In this document: piece by piece, positions 57,601 through 64,000 of the stretch
How the letters are laid out: every line of letters starts with the position of its first letter
How positions within the stretch are numbered: position 1 is the stretch's first letter
IMG/VR virus record: IMGVR_UViG_3300028844_005756
Coordinates: 1-64,000 of that record
DNA length: 64,000 nt
From: a virus
Reading direction: 5' to 3' (one strand)
Translations under genes and position numbers: made by a program
The notes under the pieces: generated by a model
Database searches by the model: none
What the model was told of the DNA's origin: nothing
What the model saw: only the letters and a program-made list of their open reading frames with translations

Positions 57601-60600
57601 TTATATTTTTTATGGAGATTATAAACTATAAGATTGTTTTTGTAATCAACAATTTTTTCATCAAAATTAAAAAATAAATTTCTATTTAAAACATCAACAA
57701 ATATTTTACGATTTACATCTGTTTCTAAAGGTGTTACATCAGTTACTGCAGGGTTATCACCTCCACTTACTAGAGTGGACAATGGATCAAATCCAGATTC
57801 TGATATACCAACAAATTTATGAACAGGTGGGGGTATTACGGTAAAGTCTTGTTGAATTGATTTGCTAGGTAATGATGGGTCTAAACTGAAAGGTTCAAAT
57901 GCAAAATTATTAATGTGATTCACATGCACACTCATAAAATCAATATCACCAGAATTTACATCATTAGCAACTATGGTTGACCAAATTATAAAATTATCTT
58001 CGTTGTATATTGGTTTTAAGTTATCCAAGTCTTCAATATTTTCAAAAGTAACTAGAGTATCAACATTAAAATTTTCGCTTTCTTGAAATAATTTTCTTTC
58101 AGGTAGTAAACTATCTTCATCAAATGTAAAATTATCATAACTATCAAAAGTTAATTCATCCGAATCAAAATAAGAAGATGGTTTTATACCATATGCGCTT
58201 TTGTTTGTAGAATTCACAAAGGTATAATATATAACAGGGTCAGTATCACTACTTGAATCTGCAAAATTTAATCTTGTAATTACATATCTTAAATCAGGTT
58301 CTTTTAATTGTAATGAATCTATGTGGTGATAATTTAAAATTTTATCATCTTCTACTTCAACACTTGGTAATCCAGATTCTGTTCCTGGATGCGCATTTAT
58401 ACTTCCTAATAATATTAGAGAACTTACTCTATTCTTTTCAAACTCCTCAAAGAAATTTAAAATTACAACTTTTGCTTTTGGTTCAAATTGATGGTCAGGA
58501 CAAAGAACTGTTTCAATATCTGCAATAGATATTTGTGTTATTTTCTTATCATCATCTGAATTTATTAGAATCGCTTCTCGGAAAATCTTAGGTATTTTTC
58601 CACGTATTGCAGGTATTCTGTTTTCAAAAGACAGTGTTGATATTCTATTTTTGGGTTTATCCATAGCCGGCTGAATATCAAACTTTGCAGCAGTAGACTC
58701 AATATTTAAAAATACCGCACTATTATTTTCTTCATCAGATGATTGAATAGAAAGTGGTAATATTTGTTCATCAATATTAATAACAACATGGAGGGGAACA
58801 TCTGTTACTGAGCGTATTGCAGTATCAGTAAAAGAGTCATTGGATAATGTGCTTGTACTTTCAAAGAATAAAAAGTCTTTTATATTAATAGAAAATGAAG
58901 TAAATGTTGTCGGTCGTTCAGTTAATTTATGTTCAAATGTATCTAATACAGTTTTGAATTCTTGCTGATAAGCTAATGTTAATACTACATCTACTTCATC
59001 TGTAATTACATCACTATTCTGGAAAGTCGTCCGTAGGGGTTCCACTGTCAACGGCCCTTGGGGTGAGGGTTGTGTTGTTGGCTGTGTTTCCGCTGAAGTT
59101 AAAAAAAAAATTTCCGAAGGATTTACTATCGGATAAGGGGTTGAATCTACTGTATTATAGTCAAATATTATTGTATTTGACCTTGGTTGCATTATACTAT
59201 AACTTTCAAGGTCTATGGCTACATTTTCATAATCTACATTAATGAATGTTTTTTCTATCTTCGTTACTTTTGGTAAAGTATAATTATTTTCAATAAATGA
59301 TTGCCAACTAATTACTTCTAATATACCTTCATCTACTTCAAAAGGAACTTTAATTGTATCTTGATTATTCTTCAATGTCAGACAGTATAATAATCCTGTG
59401 TATGGAACTTCAATCTTATCTATTTCTTTATCAATATCTCTCAATTCCATTATTGCTCTTTTACCCGTACCGGCTAATGTTTCATCAGGTACTGCTAAAA
59501 AGTCTAGTTCTGTTGGTGGTTTTGTTTTTGATGATAGTTTTCGTCCTTTAATTATTTTATTTGATGTAACTAAAGCTAATTCTTGGTCTGGAGAAACTGT
59601 TATAGACACACTTGAATGATCTGTATACTGATGCATTATTCCATTATATTCTCTTGTTGCTATACTATCTGGCAATTGCCAAACTATAACACCATCTTCT
59701 TTCACATTAGCAACATGCATATAGGGTTCTAGATTTTCAAAAGTTACCCAACCATAATCTCTTGTAAGTATTTCTGCATTTGGTAAATAAGAACCTTTGC
59801 CGGATAATGTATTTCCTGAAACTAATGGTAGATATTCATTTCTTTCTGTATCAGAAAATTCTATTTCTGCGTTGCTAAATTGTTGTAAATCAGAACTAAA
59901 TCTTGGTTCATATAAATCGGTAAATGGATCTCTTACTACAATATATCCACCCTTTGCAATATCTGGCACATGTTCAAATACACGTTCTACTCTTACTCTA
60001 AAATTATAAATTGTTCTATCTGCATCTAAAGAACCAATTGCATTTTTTCTATATCCAATTACATCAGCAATCCAGTTTGCTTCATCTTCAACATTTATAA
60101 TTTTCACAAAAGATTGTACGGCTACAATACCATCATATAGTCTTGTATCAGTGATAATTGAATTTTTCTCATTTGTTTTTCCATAATCATCAAAATCTCT
60201 AAATGAATTTTCACTAGGTTTTGATATAATATCTTCTATGAAAAAACGAAATCCTTCAAAAATCGGTGCTATTGCATTTACTTCTATTTCTGGATATTCA
60301 GATGTTGCAATCTCCTCATTGTGAATAAATTCATTTTCTAATTCTATTTGATTAATAACATCACCAATAGTTGCATCTGCAAAATTTAATCTTTCTACTT
60401 CTATATGCTCAAATATTTCAGCAATTATGTAGCCACGGCTGTCTATTTCTATTTCATGCAATTCATGTGTTTTTATTCTAAAGTCAAGTTCAAGTTCAAA
60501 TTTATTTCTTATAAAATGTAAAAATCCTGCAGGATGTAATTCATCTAAAAGTAAAGGTTCTATTAAACTTGCTGGTATTTTAGTACGTATTTCATATGAA

Positions 60601-62612
60601 TAATTTTGATAATAATAACCATCATGAATATATTTGTTTGATGATAATTTACTTCTGTTGTCTAAGAAAGAATCAAAAGAATCAATGAACAACCCTTCTT
60701 CATATTCATATTCTGATTTCAAACCGTGTGCGATATCATCTTGATTAAACACTCTTTCTTCTGGATTGTGAATAAATTCAAATACATCATCTGATTTAGT
60801 CATTAAACCCATTTGAAGTGTTTTAATCTGAGCTACACCATCACCTAAAACACTTTCCAACTTAGCACTATTTGCAAGAGGATTAATCTTTATTAAATCT
60901 TTTATTTCTAAATTTAAAGTTGTGCCAAAGGGCAACCCTATCTCACTGAAATCATTTAGAATTGTATCTAATTTTATTTGATTGTTATCAAATCTTTCAT
61001 TTTGTCCTAATTCAATTTCAACAAAAGTATCCGTTTCTAAATCTTTTACTGACCTTAGTGTTATAAATCTTTTAACTTCTACGTCTTCACTGAGTATATC
61101 CAAGTCACTCAAATATATTTGTTCTTCATCAGCATTTAGAGTTACATCTCCAATACAAATAGCTTCATTAAAATCTCCAGGTGTACTTGTGCCACCTTTC
61201 ATATAAACTAAAGTATCATTCTGAATATATGCAGTATTTGCTTCGTTATTATCAAATATAACATCAAAATAGTTCAATAACTCTGCTTGTGGTAAAGGAT
61301 TTTTTGCAACAACAGGTGGAGCAAATTCATATCCTAATCCGGAATCATCAAATGTAATTTCTTTTATACCACCCATTTGAAAATCAGTAACAACATCACT
61401 GGGTAATTCTTTTAATGGAGTAGCATCTCTAAACAATATGGAATTTTCATAAACTTCATCTAGTAATGTTTCATCCTCATAAAAAGATACTGGTCTATTT
61501 TTTAATATATTGTAAAAAGAATTGAAATAAGTAGTAAGAGTTGGATTTACTTCAATTTCTGAAACATACGCACTTGCTGTGTATTCTGCATTTGTAAATG
61601 CATTGTCAAAAACAATCGGGTCACCCACACGATAGCATAAACCGGGGTCATTTATTTTTATATTAGTAATAGAATGTTTTTTAAGTTTTGTAATTTCTGC
61701 TCTACCATCACCATAATTAAACATATCACCGACTTTATGACCAATACCACCATCTGTTATTTTTAAGCCAGTAATTGAATTTTTTATTACACCTTTTACT
61801 GCTTCTAATCCTGTGGTAATATCATATCCTACTATAATTTCATTTTCTTTAAAAGTTCCATTAATGTAAACTAAATCAAGAAAGGCCTTTGTGGTGTTGT
61901 TTTGATTTTTAGTTATGATGTCACGACATATAGCAGATGCTTTTGATTTAGGTGCATAAATGCGAGTTTGATTAAATTTACTTATGCTAGAATTATATTC
62001 AATTTGTATTAAATTTTGTTCGTAATAACCACTATCAGAAAGTCTCAGTATATCTACTTTCGGATAATATAATTCTATAATATCATCAAAGAATATTCTA
62101 AAAAACCAATAGTAAGAATTTTCAGTATCTTTGTTTTTATAATAATCTAATATTTTTTTGGTAAGAATATTTGGGTCTAACCTACGAAAAATACTATGAT
62201 CAAGAGAAACATTCTTTTTAAAGTATTTCTGAAAGACTGTGAGTGCGGTTTCGTAATTAGTATTTTCCTCTATATCCTGAGCATATTGATGTATATTCTT
62301 ATATAATTTTTTAATAAAATATATTTCACCGCTAATACCATTTACTAATAATTCATTTCTATAAAAATTATTCGTTTCTGTTTCATAATCAAAATATACT
62401 CTATCTTTAGTAACTATTTTTACAATGGCTTTTGCTTTAGACAGAGAACCATATATGATGTCACCCACGGATAATTTTTTATTATCTGTAAGAAGTATTA
62501 CTGATGATTCTAAAAAATTATAATATTCCTCAATAAACTTCACAAAGTGAGGATATTGCTCTAAAAAATAATTTGGAATATGACTTTCAACCAATTCTTT
62601 AGGAGTTGTCAT
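54627..62612 (-). CDS. baseplate wedge subunit gp7-like giant protein with Hint domain and repeat tail
   Basis: YP.F..F...YY.FLE, FFRIFF...YYPK, IHDGYYYQNYSY, LHPAG; gp6-gp7-gp8 order. Confidence 0.8.
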   Translation of the reverse strand: MTTPKELVESHIPNYFLEQYPHFVKFIEEYYNFLESSVILLTDNKKLSVGDIIYGSLSKAKAIVKIVTKDRVYFDYETETNNFYRNELLVNGISGEIYFIKKLYKNIHQYAQDIEENTNYETALTVFQKYFKKNVSLDHSIFRRLDPNILTKKILDYYKNKDTENSYYWFFRIFFDDIIELYYPKVDILRLSDSGYYEQNLIQIEYNSSISKFNQTRIYAPKSKASAICRDIITKNQNNTTKAFLDLVYINGTFKENEIIVGYDITTGLEAVKGVIKNSITGLKITDGGIGHKVGDMFNYGDGRAEITKLKKHSITNIKINDPGLCYRVGDPIVFDNAFTNAEYTASAYVSEIEVNPTLTTYFNSFYNILKNRPVSFYEDETLLDEVYENSILFRDATPLKELPSDVVTDFQMGGIKEITFDDSGLGYEFAPPVVAKNPLPQAELLNYFDVIFDNNEANTAYIQNDTLVYMKGGTSTPGDFNEAICIGDVTLNADEEQIYLSDLDILSEDVEVKRFITLRSVKDLETDTFVEIELGQNERFDNNQIKLDTILNDFSEIGLPFGTTLNLEIKDLIKINPLANSAKLESVLGDGVAQIKTLQMGLMTKSDDVFEFIHNPEERVFNQDDIAHGLKSEYEYEEGLFIDSFDSFLDNRSKLSSNKYIHDGYYYQNYSYEIRTKIPASLIEPLLLDELHPAGFLHFIRNKFELELDFRIKTHELHEIEIDSRGYIIAEIFEHIEVERLNFADATIGDVINQIELENEFIHNEEIATSEYPEIEVNAIAPIFEGFRFFIEDIISKPSENSFRDFDDYGKTNEKNSIITDTRLYDGIVAVQSFVKIINVEDEANWIADVIGYRKNAIGSLDADRTIYNFRVRVERVFEHVPDIAKGGYIVVRDPFTDLYEPRFSSDLQQFSNAEIEFSDTERNEYLPLVSGNTLSGKGSYLPNAEILTRDYGWVTFENLEPYMHVANVKEDGVIVWQLPDSIATREYNGIMHQYTDHSSVSITVSPDQELALVTSNKIIKGRKLSSKTKPPTELDFLAVPDETLAGTGKRAIMELRDIDKEIDKIEVPYTGLLYCLTLKNNQDTIKVPFEVDEGILEVISWQSFIENNYTLPKVTKIEKTFINVDYENVAIDLESYSIMQPRSNTIIFDYNTVDSTPYPIVNPSEIFFLTSAETQPTTQPSPQGPLTVEPLRTTFQNSDVITDEVDVVLTLAYQQEFKTVLDTFEHKLTERPTTFTSFSINIKDFLFFESTSTLSNDSFTDTAIRSVTDVPLHVVINIDEQILPLSIQSSDEENNSAVFLNIESTAAKFDIQPAMDKPKNRISTLSFENRIPAIRGKIPKIFREAILINSDDDKKITQISIADIETVLCPDHQFEPKAKVVILNFFEEFEKNRVSSLILLGSINAHPGTESGLPSVEVEDDKILNYHHIDSLQLKEPDLRYVITRLNFADSSSDTDPVIYYTFVNSTNKSAYGIKPSSYFDSDELTFDSYDNFTFDEDSLLPERKLFQESENFNVDTLVTFENIEDLDNLKPIYNEDNFIIWSTIVANDVNSGDIDFMSVHVNHINNFAFEPFSLDPSLPSKSIQQDFTVIPPPVHKFVGISESGFDPLSTLVSGGDNPAVTDVTPLETDVNRKIFVDVLNRNLFFNFDEKIVDYKNNLIVYNLHKKYKPYLGDTMPATSALSEPFLYTSPKSKDLSTVLDKETIYFANTVILDSSTEVISKTDIENHFEIEDRRKYITLDTQFENWKRQFIAGYLPVKFSDYVLDKIPSAFIQDAIIISKRTANEDVSPLVHPNSIFSDAAPPAIYFELELAEAQTEIKIPIIIEDRNKYVDLGDIILPWTPILIKDYSRIKMDDYILDKLPSVRIDGTYIRNERQANTELLTNFELFSSLYGNTTFLDSSFDIMGEIEEDIENNIIDRNKLIIRSDYIYPYEFTIIEHFMRPWVIREYSQDTLPSVTAYLEVVPITDYVENMEVINIDNRILTGNTTFLDATQDIDFEFEIKNENLILDRHKTFSLSDIIGPWTDNTLFGFYRPLQLKYYNLSDIPTVRVHSEPEITYNPIVLANTEIVSFTTLYGNTAFADATHDVTFEYGFEDDTIIVDRNKTFAEDRVISRWVDTKFSLDMIPKIFVDFESETVPTATVLNEPEITYNPKVPIDVNIVPFTTLYGNTAFADATTDIYSVIDEYEHNPKLLDRNVTLSYEDRITSYFNNFVDDYLPFKLVPYNLDYIPTVSVLNELEFTYNPTLDLIHTAITSSTTVYDKQATILDNTIATEEVVLEFENLVEFISDKSKIGRKDFIINKQNEIIGNYLNSQIAEHTYDTVKTVDVGLTNNDEIEYVIISDMEELTSDEISILYNDKHTFIDSTSFMDSTEIEFFSESYVYNENSAISLNDRITESFLEKQIRPKVLTKLRYDIINTIPIVSPKTQYSITTVDIQDGKSKFKETVSNIIGTEKILDGTIELIQNENLTKIFNEIEDRNFLFQLDKKVDTFLKEEITEKVPLKLKYYILESNIPTVQAELFAKEIFDYSFSTTPDDISLVDFEKILSFDSEGNINNTFGFKESQINTINNGITNDNFLLNTVIRPFTDDYIRFEIEKHLKRKGDDKQTYLHATLKMNYTVSEVYTWNISALNTFETEYNDPNINRKEFLETVRIEV
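59301..59792 (-). other. atypical mini-intein / Hint domain in gp7 (aa 941-1104)
   Basis: SYLPNAEILT..GW (block A), YNG, VSPDQ (block B), YTGLLYCLTL (block F), WQ|S (block G). Confidence 0.7.
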
Positions 62613-64000
62613 GTATCAAATAACTCCGCTTTTGCTAAATTAGAAGAAGTTGATGACCTATCTATAAATGCAGAAGGTGTTATATAAATGTCATCAATAG
62701 AAATTGTTAGAATTTGTTCTTTAGATGGTATAATAATAAATTCATCACATTGAATTTCAAATGTCATTTCTGATGAATCTTCTCTTATATATGTTGGTGA
62801 AAATCCTTCTAATATAAAAATGCCAGAATCATAATCTATTTTACCTATATTTTCTTTTAGTGTAAATTCTACGTCTGAACCGGATACGTTTATTGTGAAA
62901 ACTATATCAACGCCTGTATATGTTGAATTTTCTTTTAGATAACAATTTGATATTAAATTATTATTATTATCAATATAATCAAATCTACTTGCAGTTAAAG
63001 AACCTTTTTTAATCTTGTTATTAAAATTTATATTATAATAAACTCCAATCCCAACTTCAATATTTCTTTTTTTGTATAAATTTATAGTTAAATATGAACC
63101 CATGAAATATTGACTTATATCATCTACAAGTTTAGTAATATTTGCTAATTGAAAATTACTATAAAATTTTAATAAATTATTTTTAGAATAATCAAATATA
63201 ACATTCTTCACATTATCTACAATTTCTATTTGATTCATATTAATGTCTAAGGAATCATAAACTACATTAGCATTAATTTTAATATAAGTATATTCGGGAT
63301 TAACAATTCTCGGTAGTATGGTAATTACATTTAATTGGTCAAGTCTTGACTTTATGTAATCTATTTCATAATTAGATAACAATGCTCTATTTTTTGGTTT
63401 AATCGCACAAAATACACTACCATACAACGGAGGAGTATTCTTTTCTCCACCCCAAACAGAAATTGATTCTATGAAAGGAAAATATTTCATCAAAATAATT
63501 TGATAATCTTTTTCAGTGACTGTGCGATTTTGACTGAAATATAATTTTCTTGCATTATTTCTTATATCATCGGCATTTTCTTCATCTTCTCCTTGTGAAG
63601 AAAATTGAATAGTTTCTATTAAAAACGTGTTAACAAAGTCGTTTTTATTTTCAATATCAAAAGTTACACACTCATTAGCATCTTCACCTGAAGTAACCAA
63701 ATAATTTAATTCAATTACATTATTATTTTTAATAATTTTTCCTAAAATTCCATCTCCAAAAATTATTTGATATTTTCCATTATAATTTTGTTCTATGTAA
63801 AATATTTCGGAATCTTCTGTAAGTAATGTAATATCAAATACTCTGTTGTATTTTGTGCGCAATCGTTCAAGTTCATTTTCTCTAACATGTACTGTAAGGT
63901 ATGTTAAATCTATATCTTTACTAGAAATTTCAAATTTATTTTCTAATAATAAATTATTTACAACTATTTCTTCTGATATTAAAGTGCCTTGAGTGAGTGT
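62609..64000 (-). CDS. baseplate wedge subunit gp6, 5' end beyond the window
   Basis: FGDGILG, QNRTVT..DY, WGGE...P.YG.V, IDY..G; frame open to position 64000. Confidence 0.92.
   Translation of the reverse strand, partial: TLTQGTLISEEIVVNNLLLENKFEISSKDIDLTYLTVHVRENELERLRTKYNRVFDITLLTEDSEIFYIEQNYNGKYQIIFGDGILGKIIKNNNVIELNYLVTSGEDANECVTFDIENKNDFVNTFLIETIQFSSQGEDEENADDIRNNARKLYFSQNRTVTEKDYQIILMKYFPFIESISVWGGEKNTPPLYGSVFCAIKPKNRALLSNYEIDYIKSRLDQLNVITILPRIVNPEYTYIKINANVVYDSLDINMNQIEIVDNVKNVIFDYSKNNLLKFYSNFQLANITKLVDDISQYFMGSYLTINLYKKRNIEVGIGVYYNINFNNKIKKGSLTASRFDYIDNNNNLISNCYLKENSTYTGVDIVFTINVSGSDVEFTLKENIGKIDYDSGIFILEGFSPTYIREDSSEMTFEIQCDEFIIIPSKEQILTISIDDIYITPSAFIDRSSTSSNLAKAELFDT

Overview
AT-rich fragment of a large T4-like (Straboviridae/Kyanoviridae-like) myophage, probably of an aquatic Gram-negative host. 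Core T4 genes present: gp3, uvsY, uvsW, gp55, gp47, gp46, gp45, dsbA, gp44, gp62, regA, and baseplate gp8, gp7 and gp6 (gp6 cut by the window edge). The auxiliary metabolic load is heavy: a compact purE-purD-purS-purL-purQ-purM operon followed by iscA-iscU, plus guaC, a pyrD-like gene, dut, a speD-like gene, def, phoH and a CobT-like VWA/CobS-MoxR pair. Best leads: (1) the streamlined purine operon co-oriented with Fe-S assembly genes; (2) a membrane protein / beta-barrel porin / small periplasmic binding protein module; (3) a 2661-aa gp7 with an atypical Hint (intein-like) domain, followed by a U-UUU-UUA slippery site and a repeat tail; (4) a D-armless 8/4-fold tRNA-like gene with a UAU anticodon and a tRNA-Arg with a broken acceptor stem; (5) five genes with capsid-targeting-like N-termini, including an amidoligase and a HAD enzyme; (6) a structured RNA leader covering the phoH ribosome-binding site. 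All calls come from reading motifs by eye; no searches were run.
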